From the human T2T-CHM13v2.0 reference genome, Homo sapiens: a stretch of 64,000 bases of DNA. This document shows, piece by piece, positions 1 to 13,735 of the stretch. Each line of letters starts with the position of its first letter. The stretch's first letter is position 1. A program made the position numbers and the translations under genes. Under the pieces are notes generated by a model. It was given only the letters and a program-made list of their open reading frames with translations. It had not been told where the DNA came from and ran no database searches. The DNA is taken from the NCBI RefSeq assembly GCF_009914755.1, contig NC_060933.1, one strand, 5' to 3'.

Positions 1-222
1 CTAAAACAAAACAAAACAAAACAAAACAAAACAAAACAAACAAACCAACCAGAAATTAGCCGGGTGTGGTGGTGCACACCTGTAATCCCAGCTACTTGGG
101 AGGCTGACGTAGGAGAATCGCTTAACCCAAGAGGCAGAGGTTGCAGTGAGCTGAGATCATGCCACTGCACTCCAGCCTGGGTGACAGAGCAAGACTCCAT
201 CTCAAAAAAAAAAAAAAAAAAA
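1..222 (+). mobile_element. AluS, linker and right arm (left arm lies before the window)
   Basis: aattagccgggtgtggtgg...tgtaatcccagctac...gcactccagcctggg...ctc followed by A19. The middle A-rich linker is expanded to (AAAAC)n. Confidence 0.95.
3..45 (+). repeat. (AAAAC)n microsatellite in the Alu linker
   Basis: 7 perfect AAAAC units plus 2 AAAC. Confidence 0.95.
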
Positions 223-257
223 TTCCAATAAACATTTACTGGTTTCTTTTTAAAAAA

Positions 258-860
258 ATTCATTCAATAAACATTTATTGAACTTCATCTACCTGAAAGA
301 CATATTTTTGATGCTTAGATTATAGATGTGAATAAGAATTGTTCTTTGAATCCATAGTCTAATAATGAAGACACATATATAGAAAGATAAATACATTAAG
401 GTCTTTTTGTTGTTTGAAATAAGTATGCACATTGAGAGTGAGGAACCAAAAGATGAATGTCAGGACTTCTTAATTTTGAGGAGAGAAGGAAGAGTTTTTA
501 TGTAAGGCATTGCCTTCAAAGAGAATTAGGTCTTCTCCGGAGAAACAAAGTCAGATGAGAAATAGCATTCTATGCAGATGAAGGTAGGTGAAGACATAAT
601 TAGAGCGGCAAAGCCATTTGGTTGATTTACAGAACTGCAAGAAGTCAGAAATGGCTGCTGTTTGGGATAGATAGAAACTATATTATAGTAAGATTGGAAA
701 GATAAAAAAGAGCCAGCTCTAAAGGGTCTGTACATCATACTATTAAGGTTTGAATTTAGTTCATAAATAATGTGAGACCACTAATAATTTCAAGGATGTC
801 AACTATGACTCTGTACATATTAAAATAACTTACTGAGATAGCAATGTGTACATTTCACGG
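258..860 (-). mobile_element. L2 3' portion, degraded
   Basis: attcattcaataaacatttattga is the reverse complement of the L2 terminus; purine-rich L2-like body follows. Confidence 0.65.
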
Positions 861-2129
861 GGGGCCACATATTAACAAGGAGATAAGTTAGAAGTCAATA
901 ACCAATAGTCAATGTGTGATATTAAAGGATGTCTTCTTGATCTTTGAAGGCTAAACTTGATTTCAATGTATATCAAAAGATACTGATGTAGATATAAAGA
1001 CATAGATATAGCAACATATGTAATACTGAATGAGTACAAATTATAAAATGTAATAATAAAACAACCAACTATAATCACAAACCAGCCTTTTCCCCTTAAG
1101 TGTATCACCCTTTTAATTTTTTTCTCAGTGACTAGCTCTTATCCTGTCCCAAATATAAATTTAGTCAGGTACAATTGTCTGTCCCTATGTAGGTATTAAA
1201 AAAACCTGTGGTGACTTTAACTCACAAAACATAGTTTCAATCCACTAATTAAAATGTCTCAGCTCATGAATATATCAAGACTCTGGGTTTGATTTTTTTT
1301 TTTTTTTTTAAGTTGAATCACTTCTCCATCTACCTTACTGTGGTTTCTGATCCTTTCAATGTTGTAATAGTAGGAATAGAGGAGAGTTGAGAGAAACAAA
1401 AATATATTGCTTAGCTGAATCTGTGGAGATGACATATTCCTATACTCTCTGGACTTGGTGGATGTCCAAAACTGACTCTCTTGTGTTTATTCCTGGAATT
1501 TTGGGAGAAACTCCTTCCACTCCATCCACAGAGAGCTCTCTTCTGCAGCCTCTAGGCTCCTAGCATTTGGCCTCTACTTTCTGTTAAGGTCATCTCATTC
1601 CCCCAGCTGACCTGTGTGCAAAGTTTAAGACCACCTAATTGCATATTCCTCTCCTGTGTGGCTCAAAAGTGGTCCCAAGGAAATGCTTATGAATCCATCA
1701 TCCCTACAAAACCTAGAGATGCCATTAACATTCTCTAATCAGCCCTCTCCTCTGCTGCAACAGACCATGTTAGCCAGTTTCTTGCTTGTAGACTACTTAG
1801 GCTTAGCTCAGATATTAGTTCACTACAACCTGTAATTTGAAAGGACACAGATTATGATCCCTCACTGGTCTTCTTAAAAACACCTTGGAGTTTGTGTGTA
1901 AGTTTGGAGAAGGAGGGCATTCACAAAATACCTCTCCCCAAAAGAAATCTTCAAAACCCCTCCTTCCAAAAAACTCCAAAAAAAGACAACCTACCTATAG
2001 TTGTAAGAGGTTTAAGACTACCTATAGTTATAAGAGTCATATAGCTGGACCAAAGCCACCACCTATTTTTGAAAACTTTCATAACAACTTAGAACCTCAC
2101 TTTGCAATATACGCTCTTAGCTGAGTTAA

Positions 2130-2295
2130 GTAAGTATTAAGTACTGTGTGCACAGTACTAAGTCTTATCTTAATCATTTCAACTCAGTGAGAAAAAAAAC
2201 TAAAGCCCAGAGAGGTTAAAGAATATGTTAAAGGTCACATTGTTGACAAATAGTGGACCTGATATTCAAAACCAGGGAGCCCAAATCAGAACTAT
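2130..2295 (-). mobile_element. MIR
   Basis: aactaaagcccagagaggttaaa...aaggtcaca...attcaaaaccagg matches the reverse MIR core. Confidence 0.7.
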
Positions 2296-2478
2296 GTCTC
2301 CTCATATCATAACCTTTATTGTATTATATTTGTTTAAATGCCCGTCATCCCTATCAGATTGCATTTTTTTTCTCTTCACAATTACCATAGTAATGCTCTT
2401 CCATTTCTTAACACTGATGTGCTTCTTATTTTTTTAAATGCAATGCAAGATGGTGTATTGCTTCTCATGCTATATGGG

Positions 2479-2481
<3 letters not shown>

Positions 2482-2515
<34 letters not shown>
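2482..2515 (+). repeat. (TG)17 microsatellite
   Basis: seen directly. Confidence 0.97.
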
Positions 2516-2516
<1 letters not shown>

Positions 2517-2614
2517 TTTTTCGATTTGCTAATGATGACAAAATAAGCAGCACAGCCAACTTTGGAATAAAAATGATTCCAAAACATAAATATTATTGCT
2601 ATAATATCGTGTTA

Positions 2615-2922
<308 letters not shown>

Positions 2923-3194
2923 AAATAAGGAGAAAAGTTCATTGTTTTCATCTACAAAAAAGCAAAATTAATTTTTATCCTGAATTTTAAACTCATTTTA
3001 CAGCCACTGCATGAAACATGCTATTTTATTTACTGGAGAGACATTGCACTGACAATGCCCACAGTCTGATCATCCTTAGAAAGCTCCCTCTCACATGCCA
3101 ACGAAAACCTATCTTTCTGTGGGGTCCTTCTGTGGAGTAGATTTTTATCTTAAAATCAGATAACTGATTTTTTTTTCCACCTTTGCTTTATTCT

Positions 3195-3402
3195 GAAGGT
3201 TTGGCAAACTACCGCCCATGGGCTAAATCTGGTCCACTGCCTCTTTTCTAAATAAAGTTTTATTGGAACACAGCCATGCCTATTCACTTATGTTTTGTGT
3301 ACGGTTCTTTTCTTGCTAAAATGGCAGAATTCACTAGTTGCCAAAGAGTTTGTATAGGCCACAAGGTCTATGGCCCTTTACAGTAAAAGGTTACTTACCC
3401 TT
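3195..3402 (+). mobile_element. MER58A-like hAT-Charlie MITE
   Basis: ggcaaactac.gccc.tgggctaaatctgg...aataaagttttattggaacacagcca...tggccctttacag. Confidence 0.85.
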
Positions 3403-6400
3403 CTTCTAGACAGTTTAGATTGACATAAAATCCTCTACAGAATACCACTGCAACCATGTTGCCCTCCTTCAATTTACTTTTTTAACATTTATTCATTTTT
3501 TTATCTTGCCTTTTTAACCTTGTTTCATTTTTATTGCCTTTTCCATATATTTTTAGCAATTTTAAATTTATTTTATTTTAGTATATTGCATGCATCTTCA
3601 AAGCTACCCTAATTTCTTTTTGAAATACAATGGCATAAAACTGAAATTAAAATATCCCATGGTGTTATATACATTTTGCAGGTTGTCTCAAAATGTCTTT
3701 TGTTTAAAATACAGTTGAATATAAAGAAATCAAACAAGTAAGCAGCGAAACTTATAGTTTAAAAAACGATTTTTTTGCACTGACTTGACTATTTATCTTG
3801 TTTTGAGACACCACCACATATTTGTTCTCTAACTTTGTAAGCTTTAGAAGCACTAGCTAATGTTTTTAATGAAAAAAAGCCAACAGACAAAAATAATAAT
3901 AATTCTATTTTCAACTTCATGCTTTATTTTCTGAGAGGAAGAAAGCAGTTTATTTGTTACGGGTACATTTGAATAAGACCTTAAATCATTTATCTGTTAA
4001 AAGCATTAAGTACTGTCTTTTAGATTTTTTTAAAAAATATTTATTTATATATTTTTTTTGTAGTGAAGTAGAATGAAAATTAATGCTCTCCTGTCTCTGT
4101 ATAATAAAAAATAATTTGGATATATACTTTTTATTTCATGAAATTTCATTTACCTAGAAAATATGCTTCTGTCATAGAAATAACCACTGGGTGCTACAAA
4201 ACGTATATATAAATTTTTATCAGTGGAAATCAATTTGCATAAATTTATATTAGCCTTCTAATTGAACCTTCTCATCTTATCTAATACACTGTTTGCTTAA
4301 TAAATCTTATAGAGCCTCTTTTTGGCTTTAACTTTTCTCATAAAAAACTTTTATGATATTTCTAAAGTTTTATTTCACTTTATATAATTCAAAAACCACC
4401 ACAGGTAATATATATAAAGGTCATACTACAAAAATGTCTTGACTCCTAACCAATTCTATGCCACACTAAAGTTCCTATACTCAGTGTTTCTGATTCAATG
4501 CTAAGAGGACTTTTACATTTTCAAAGACCTTTTGATAATGAATAGACGGTAAGTATTTGGAAAGAAAATATAAATCCCAGGATTATATTTGAAGCACTTT
4601 TCTTCAGTTTGCAATGCTAAAGTTAGGAGATTAAATGAGAAAACCCCATACTAAATTTTCCAATTAAAAAATGAGGTAGGCCCTGGCTATAAAGAAAGTC
4701 TCTTTACATAGACTTCATTATGTTGCTGGTCAAATCATACCCCTTACATATATGGTGATACACATAGGCAGCTTTGTTACTCCTTCTTTCTGTTTTTGCC
4801 AAAGTTAAAAGAGATTCTTCTGTATTTTGCTTTCTTGTTGGAAAACAAAGATTTACTACCATGTTTAATACCCCTGGGCTGATTTTGGAAATTTCAGGTT
4901 AAACACATTCTAAAAAGGCATCTGTAGTCTAAGGACTCAGAGCATAGGTGTGCCCAATCCAAAGAAAACTAAAACAACATCAATAGCAGCAACAACAAAG
5001 GCACTAACTTCCTGGTTAGCCTAATGATGTTTCATTACAAATACTCAGCCAACAGTTTTAGGAAAAGTCCTGTCCTGTCCTGGAACTGCAAGATTTGATG
5101 GCTCTGCCATAAGGGATTAGAAGGGGTTGATATTTGTCATTTTCCAAGCACCACAGATCTTTGGTGTTTTTTCATTTGTATTTATTTTATTGTAGGATTA
5201 AACTAGACTAAGCCCATAAAGTTTTCCTGAAAATTAAACTTTTTTCAACTTAAAAGGTGGTGATTTAGCCAAACAATAAATATCGCAATCTGTGATTACA
5301 AAATTGGATCAAAGGATGTGAAAATAACACCAGAGGAGCAATTTTAGATCATTGTGTTTAGATTTCTCAGAAGAATCTGACACTAAGCTGAATTATTTTT
5401 CTGAAACCCATACCAAAAATGTTCATTAGAGTTCTTGTTCAAAATCACTGTGATGGGTAAGGTTCTTTGTCCTTCAAATTTTTACTTATGTTAGATTTCA
5501 CTGTGGCATCACTGAATAGAAAAAAATAAAATAACAAAATAGATTGGGTGGTTTGATTTTAGGGAAAAAGTCCTTAAATGAATCTTTTGTTTTCCTGCTT
5601 TTGCTACCTCATTAATCCTAAATGGTGTCAGTCAGTTGAGTCTAATAGCTGCGAGTGTTACTACCTTGGTCAGTTCCAAATTATAGTATTGATTAATTGA
5701 TTGTCTTCTTCCAGTTGTGAATTATATTAACGCTGGCCCAGGCAGTTTGGCTTGAGGCCAAAGGCTAATTTTCAATGGAAGGCAAGAAGCAGTTTCACTG
5801 TTTCTCTGCTGTGGTTAAGTGGATGCTCAGAAAACAGAAAGCTTTGAAAAGATGATTTGACAAAAAGGAATGCACTAAATATAATTAATATGTGCTTATT
5901 GATCCATCCAACCTAGAGAAACAAGTAGGAAGACAGTAAGTTGAGAATTCATCATTTGTCAGCCCCAGACTTCCAAAACAGTCTTAAAACAATTGACTGG
6001 AGAATGAGAGTAGGAGGGAAGCAAGATGGTCCAGAATGATAATGAGCCAGCCTCAGGATCTGTGGAATTAAGTCCAGATGCAAGTGTGGTGACTGTGGTG
6101 CTTTCAAACGAAGTGAAACTTGATGTGGGTTACAGGCTCCTCTACATCATAGGCCCAGCTGTCCAGGAAAGCTTAAGAAACACCTGCCACATTGTGGTAC
6201 CACCAGGGCAGCAGTACCATGTTCTCAGAAAAATATAAACATTACAAATTGAAAGTCAAAACAAGAGGGGCTGCTTTCTCGTTAACTCTCTGCTTTAAGG
6301 AAGAACATAAAAGGGTTGAGTGTGCTTATCATTGATTCTTGTGGAACGGGAAAAGCTAAATGGGGCATTGAGAGGTTAATAACTTTCACAGATCTATAAC

Positions 6401-6649
6401 TCTGAGTTTCTTTGTTGCCAGATCAATTCATTTTCCCTGTAAAATGTGAAGGGAAAACTGGTATGGGATGGAGTATTGCTAATTATAAGATTATATTATA
6501 TATAAATATAATTAGATTATATTTATAATCATTATTGGTCTTTCTTTTCAATGTGGACAAAATTATGCTTGGTTTCACAGGGAAATAGGAAAAGGAGCTT
6601 TTCTTCTTCAAGTAAAGAGAAAGAGCATGAAAAAATGCGGGAAGTGATT

Positions 6650-6960
6650 GAAGGGGTCTTAAATTTGAAAGCATTGACATCAAATATATAGACGATTGTC
6701 ATAAATGGAAAGTTTGGAGGAAACAATCATGAATACGTGGAAAGCAGTCACAAGGTCAAATATGTTGATAGGAATTAGAATTCTATGGGCGTATTTTCTA
6801 TAAGAGAAGAGAGACTGCAGGTAGACATATTGATGAGGAAAAAACTACTCTTCTATAAGTGGCACTAGGTTTAATATTATTGATTATTTTATATATATAT
6901 GAAAAATCCTTAGCAGAAGCAATTATGTAACAGCCTCTTGGCATGGATTCTATAATGAAA
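6650..6960 (+). mobile_element. Possible L3/CR1 fragment
   Basis: taagagaagagagactgcaggtagacatat resembles the CR1 3' motif ggagaagagaagactgaggggtgacatgat; highly diverged. Confidence 0.35.
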
Positions 6961-7839
6961 GTTCATAGAATAAATCTCCACAAAATATAAAGGTATATTA
7001 ATTCTTCATTACTGTCTCAATGATCTGCAGCAAAAATAAGGTTAAAATTTGGAAAGACATAATCATTATTTAACAAATATTATGATAAGCTAGGCTGTTT
7101 ATGATAGATGATAAGGATATTATAGAGGGAGGGCCAAAACAAGAAGCATGTCTTTAGGGTAATCTGTTGAGTAGTTAGTAATTCAGGTAACTCACAGTAT
7201 AAATGGTATTACAAATCCAGTGTACCAGTGATTTGAATAAATTACTGCATATCTTAGTACACTAAGTATTCTCTAAGTGAGCTAGTTATAATCTTAGCTT
7301 CTTTTGGAAAAGATACAAATATAATTCATCCTAGTAAATTCTTCTGCACTCAGCACAGAGACCCTAACACAAAATGAGTGCTGCATGAATATTTGTCAAA
7401 AAAGGGAATGTATAAGAATATAGCCTTTGAATCAATTTCCTTTCAGTGGCAAAATGTACTTTCCCTAAAGAAACATAGTAATAAAGTCAACAATGACACA
7501 GTAGCAAAGTAAAATGTTTGGGATCCAAGCATGTATAAATATAACTATTTTTATCTCTTCTCTTCCTCCTCTCTTTACCTGAATAAATCTGATTAACCCT
7601 TTACTCACTTTCATTTTCTGGAGAAGTGATCCCTTGCCCGTTTGGACCTAGATTAAGCAGCATTATCTCGGGCTCTGTGTTTCCCATGTTTTGGAAATAT
7701 TTGCACTCTCCTATAATTGTTTATTTAATTGGCTTATTCATGATAGATGTGCTATGTCTTCTTATTCTTCTGTATGTTCCCTAGGCACTGGCAAAGGGTT
7801 TGGCATATAGATGGCACTTGGTTTTTCTAGTCTGTGTCA

Positions 7840-8460
7840 TTCTTGGCCCCTCTCCTCTATACCTCCCATCTGGTTGATTTGCACATCCAGGTAGCTCTAA
7901 GCAATGCCTATCTAGAATTTAACCATTTCTCTGACTCCCAAAGCCATCATCTTATCCAGTACTTGCCTGCATTATTCCAATAGCCTTTATCCTGCACCTG
8001 GCACTGTTTTTGCCCCATTTATTCAGTTCTAACTCAAGCCTAAATGATTCTCTTAAAATACAGATTCGATCGTGTCCAAAATATTCAGTGAAAGATCATC
8101 TTCTGTTCAGAATGTTCAATGAGAGATCACCTCACTCAGAATGAAAGCCAAAGTTCTTACCAGCAGCTAACATGGCCTTCGTTTATTTCCCAGTCATCTT
8201 TTCCTCCTGACTCTCCTCAGACTTTCACTCCAGACACGTGAGCCCTTCTGTTCCTTGCTTTAGGTAAGCTCCCTCCTTAGGGTCTTTGCACCTGCTCTTT
8301 CCTTATCTAGAATATTTTCCCCCTAATATCTACATGACTCACTCCTTACTTTCTTCAGAGTTTGACTCAAAAGTCACCTACTCAGTTCAAAATTTGAATA
8401 TTCTCCTTACTCAATACTTTAATTTTATTTCCCTACTTTATCTTGTCCTAATAGTGCTAA
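7840..8460 (+). mobile_element. L2 fragment
   Basis: aagccatcatctt...cctcactcagaatgaaagccaaagttcttac...ctttgcacctgctcttt...gactcactcctt. Confidence 0.7.
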
Positions 8461-8552
8461 TTTCAAGTCTGGTATTCAGCAAGTAAAATGAACTTCCATT
8501 CTGTGTAGCTGGGTGTCTATTCGGATGGGTTGGTATCCATTTGTACTGGTTG

Positions 8553-8923
8553 GCTCATGGGTCACTTAACACTGGGGATACATTCTGATAAATGTGTTGT
8601 TAGCTGATTACATCATTGTGCAAACATCATAGAGTGTCCTTACAAAAACTTACTAATTATAGCCTACCAGTGTAGCTATATGGTATAGCCTACTACCCAC
8701 CTAGGCTATATGGTATAGCTTATTACTCCTAGGCAACAAACCTGTACAGCATGCTGCTGTGTTGAATACTGTACACCATTGTAATACAATGGCATGTGTG
8801 TATCTAGACATATCTAAACATAGAAAAGGTAAAGTAAAAATATGCTAGTATGCTCTTACAGGACCACTGCTGTATATGCAGTCCATGGTTGACCATGGAC
8901 CATTGTTACACAAAGCATGACTC
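8553..8923 (-). mobile_element. Tigger3a (MER7A) non-autonomous TcMar-Tigger element
   Basis: cacttaac..ggggatacattctga...ctaggctatatggtatagc...tatctaaacatagaaaaggta...gcatgact, near full length. Confidence 0.88.
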
Positions 8924-9339
8924 TATTTTAAATCTCACCTCTGCTCGTCACTATCTAATATACCCGATACTTTGCCGGTTTCTCTTTACCATTGGCCTCC
9001 CCTACTCTAATGTGTTCTTGTTCAACACTGTATCCCAATATCTGCAGTGTCTGGCCCACTTTGGCTCCTACCGGCATGCTCTTATGTTAGCCTATGCACA
9101 ATTTCACCTTAAAAAGAATTGCAAATGCCTCAGAGAATGAGAGATTCCATAGACATATATTTTCTAGGCAATTAAACCTCCATGATAATGAGGGAGTTAA
9201 GTATCTTTAAAAAATACTATGAGAAGTATATTGCATGAAAAAATAGTTTGAACTATAAAACAGAAATATATTTGTTTATACCATACAGCCCCCCCAAATA
9301 AAACATTACCAACAGGAAAAAAAATCGTTATATAGAATA

Positions 9340-9474
9340 CTTATTTGCTTTCCTATTGTCTCCATGTAACAGATCATGAACTCCTTGAGGGCAGGTACCA
9401 TTTTTTGTATCTTTGTCTCTCCATCATCTACAATAGTGACTGATTAATAAATATTCAATAAATAGATGAATGAA
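9340..9474 (+). mobile_element. L2 3' end
   Basis: tgaactccttgagggcagg...aatattcaataaatagatgaatgaa. Confidence 0.65.
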
Positions 9475-9997
9475 AAAAGGGACTTTGAACATATCCACAA
9501 TTACCCATTTAAGAGACAGAAATCATCACAACTATGCTTTTATTTACTATGCTTACATACTTTTATTTTAATCAAGGTAAATCATTTATACATACTCCTA
9601 TTGGCTCAAATATAACCTTATAAGTTATGTTATTCCAAATGTGTGCATTTATCTGCCTTAAGGGTTTTCAGGAGCATAATCCTTGTGATTGAGGTGAAGA
9701 TAGTAGATATACATAAATGCTATCTCAGCATTACTGTGGTTTTAAATTGTGTAATATGTTCTCCTAAGTAAATTGTAAACAACTGTTGCCAACAAAGGAT
9801 ATTACATAAGAGATTTCATAATCTTATTTAATAACTATAGTGATTTCTAATATTTCAAAAAGTGATTGAAAAATGTAATTCTGCCTAGAAAAATTTAGGA
9901 TCAGATTTAGAAGTAATTTTAAAAATTGTTATTATTTTTATAAATTTGGAACCATTTAATGTGCTAATGATTTTCTTTTTTTTAAGACCGTGAGATT

Positions 9998-10355
9998 TGC
10001 TTTGGACTGAATGTTTCTATCTCACCCAAAATTCATAATCTGAAGCCTGATCACCAGTGTGATGGAATTATGAAGTGGGGCCATTGAAAGGTGATTAGGT
10101 CATGGGATGAAGCCCTCAGGAATGGGATTAATATCATTATAAAAGAGTACCCAGAAAACTGATTTCCCCTTTCCACTATATGACATAGCCAGAAGACCCC
10201 ATCTATGAACGAGGAAATGATCCCTCACCAGACACCAAATTTGCCAGCACTTTGGTCTTAGACTTTCAGCCTCCAGAACTATAAAAAATAAATTGCTGTT
10301 TATATGCCACCCAGTCTAAGGTAATTTCTTATAGCAGCCAAAGTGAACTAAGACA
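9998..10355 (+). mobile_element. MLT1A0-like MaLR solo LTR
   Basis: tgctttggactgaatg...actaagaca termini; perfect 5-bp TSD agatt at 9993-9997 and 10356-10360. Confidence 0.92.
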
Positions 10356-10495
10356 AGATTTTTGTAAAACGTTGTCTTTCATGTTACCCTGTTCATCACA
10401 AGAACAATTAACCACTAAAATCTTTGTTAATAAATTATATAAGATCATACAGGGCATGTTTGTCAATCGTACAAAAGATAGTTTTAATAATTCTT

Positions 10496-10818
<323 letters not shown>

Positions 10819-11679
10819 TTAACAATTCTTATAAGCTTAGGACTCAAAAATATACTATTTGTTTTGAGGAAGACTCTTCTTTGTGTGATCCGATTGTATT
10901 ACTCCATATTTCTACCGGCCCAAGTACCTCTCCCCATGGTCAGCACAGCTCATGCTAGGTACCTCCAGGATCACATCATTGAGTATTTGGAAAATGGGTC
11001 ATCGACTAGCAAAAACTCATATTATAAATGCGGAGCCATATGCAATGGGTATAACTTAATGCCCCAAATCTGTAGGCCTGAAAAAAGAAAGAAAGAAGCA
11101 CAAAGTCTTTTATATATCACTCTTGAACTCAACTTCTAGGTAATCTTCTATAGCTGAGTCTGCAACTCCTTCCCTCAGAATAACAAATGTGCAGCTACCA
11201 AGCACCAAAATTTAATAATTCAGCAATCTCACATTGCTACTCTTATATTTCATCCTTCATCTTTCCACAGCCTATAAGTAGAAAAATAGTTGAAGAGCAT
11301 GAGGCAGATAAACTTAAGGGCTTGATATGTAAGAAGGTCGTCAGCTTGCTGGTCTAATTGTTCTGGTTCTACACTCTGCCACCTATAATTGAATGTGATT
11401 GAATTAATTCAGCTTATTTATTTGGTCATTTATTTCTAGAAAGAGGTATCTAACTTTTCATGAACATAATCATTGATGATTTGACCATTAAGGTCACTCT
11501 CAGGAGGAGTTAGAAGTCAGTCTCTATCTATATAGTTCTATGCAGGCTGAAAAACCATTCACTTTCTCCTAATCTTCTTTTCTTAGGTGCTTTTCTTCCT
11601 TTTTGTCCATTTATTAGGTAATTTCCAACTTGATTACTAAACTAAGATGAGAGATATTTAAAAATAGACCCATGTTAAT

Positions 11680-12068
11680 TGCTATGATTTCAATGTCTCC
11701 ATTAAAACTCATGTTGAAACCTAATTGCTAATGTAATGGTGTTGGGAGTTGGGGCCTTAAAGAGGTGAGTAAGCCATGAGGCCTCTGCCCTCATGAATGA
11801 ATTCATGCTGTTATAGTAGAAGTGGTTTAATTATCATGGGCATGGGTTCCTGATGAAAGAATAAGTTCTGTCCCCATTTACTCTTTCAGTCTCATGAAAT
11901 CACTTCCACCTTCTTCCCTTCTGCCATGGGATGAGGCCCTTGCCAGGTGCTGGTGCCATGATCTTAGATTTCCCAGTCTCCAGAACCATGAGTCAAATAA
12001 ACTTCCATTCTTTATAAATTACTCATGCGGGGGTATTGTGTTATAGCAGCACAAAACAGATAAAGACA
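11680..12068 (+). mobile_element. MST-type (MSTC/MSTD-like) MaLR solo LTR
   Basis: tgctatg...ctctgccctcatgaatg...atagcagcacaaaacaga.aaagaca; perfect TSD ttaat on both sides. Confidence 0.9.
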
Positions 12069-12173
12069 TTAATGGAATTCAGTTCTAGATGGTTAGATGG
12101 TCAAAATATGTCCTATGAGTATCTATCTATCTATCTTAGTAGTTTTTTCTGTCTGTATATCCTAATGCCCACT

Positions 12174-12559
12174 TGCATTAATTCATTTTCATACTGCTAT
12201 AAAGAACTGCCCAAGACTGGGTAATTTATAAAGAAAAGAGGTTTAATTGACTCACAGTTTAGCATGGTTGGGGAGGTCTCAGGAAACTTACAATCATGGT
12301 GGAAGGTGAAGGGGAAGCAAGGTGCTTTCTTCCCAAGGCAGCAGGAAGGAGAAGTGCCTAGTGAAGGGAAAACAGCCCCTTATAAAACCATCAGATCTCA
12401 TGAGAACTCACTCTGAAAAGAAAACAGCATGGGGGAAACTGCCCCCATGATTCAATTACCTCCACCTGGCCTCTCCCTTGACATGTGGGGATTATGGGGA
12501 TTATGGGGATTGCAATTCCAGATGAGATTTGGGTGGGGATATAAAACCTAACCATATCA
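12174..12559 (-). mobile_element. THE1D-like MaLR solo LTR
   Basis: ctgctataaagaactgccc..gactgggtaatttataaagaaaagaggtttaattgactcacag...gcaggaaggagaagtgcc...accatatca. Confidence 0.92.
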
Positions 12560-13024
12560 CGACCCTAATTGTTTTTTAGCTTCTATTTTTAGAAGTGAAC
12601 TGATAAGTACTGACTAAAACTAGTGTGAAAAATTTATACTTTATACTCATTAATATATTGCATAATTAGAAAATATATTATAGCATAACTATCTTAAAAT
12701 TTGTTTTTTGTCATTATGAACTCAAATTAAACTTAATTTTAAAATGATTATGTCTAATGCTTGATTAATTCAAACAATCCAAACTGATGATCTTTTAAAA
12801 ATAATTATGGTGAGCAAAAAAAATTCCGGTAAGCAAATTGTTAATGCTTAATCCTATCAATCTTGACTTGAAAATGATGGATGTAAACAAATCAATTTAA
12901 AAATCAGCTTAAGAGGCCGCTATTTATAGTAGTCCCTATAAAAATGGCTTTGTACTTTAGTTGTTTTATAAAGGCATCTTAAAACATATAAAAGACTGAG
13001 TTAATTTTAAAAGCTAAAAGTATA

Positions 13025-13320
13025 GTGGCCAAATGAAGAGATGCACATGCCTATGATGGTATCCAGACACTATTTGATACATGGTATTTAATTGTAGGCA
13101 TCAATTTGAAACATGAAATATTTTATCGATGTGCTGGGAAAGAGAGATCAGATGATGAAATATCTGGAACCCATCTCATAATAGGAATGGTGAAGGAACT
13201 ACAGATATTTTGCATAGGAAATAGAAGACTAAGGATAAAAAAGGCAGGTAGCTTTTGTATCAATATAAGGAAGACTTTTCTTGTAAATACAGCTACTCAG
13301 TAATGAAAGTGAGGTTTATG
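13025..13320 (+). mobile_element. L3/CR1 3' fragment
   Basis: tatctggaacccatctcata..aggaatggtgaaggaact...agaagactaagg...aatataaggaagactttt. Confidence 0.55.
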
Positions 13321-13431
13321 CTTAGTTTAATCAGAGTGTGGCTGACTGTGTGTGTGTGTGTCTCAGGAAAGTAGCCTACAAAGAGATTGAACTGTGACCT
13401 CCCTTAGTCTTTCTGCCTTAATTGCCTTCGT

Positions 13432-13560
13432 TTTCCTGCCTGCCTGCCTTTTTCTTTCCTCCTCTCCTCCCCTTCTCTTTCTTCCTTTCTTTCTTTTCTT
13501 TTCTCTCTCTTTTTCCTCACTTCCTCCTTCCTTCTTTCCTTTTTTCTTTCCTTCTTTCTA
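13432..13560 (+). repeat. Polypyrimidine (CT/CTTT) low-complexity tract
   Basis: seen directly. Confidence 0.9.
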
Positions 13561-13594
13561 TCAAAGGGTGATGTGGTTTTAAACACAGAATAAA

Positions 13595-13735
13595 AATGAT
13601 TTGAATCACAGATATACTACCAAATATCTTTTATTATCTTGGGCAGGACATTTGCCTTCTCTGGGTTTAAATTTGTCATGTACAAATCATGGCCTGGGGT
13701 CTTTACAGCCTATTTTAGTTCTAATATTCTCTGAC
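13595..13735 (+). mobile_element. MIR3-like fragment
   Basis: ttgaatc...cttgggcaggacattt.ccttctctgggttt. Confidence 0.5.

Noticed and set aside
2140-2159. Short hairpins (agtactgtg/cacagtact; also 26836-26857 and 62585-62605)
   Set aside because: Stems of 8-9 bp are expected by chance in 64 kb and have no other support.
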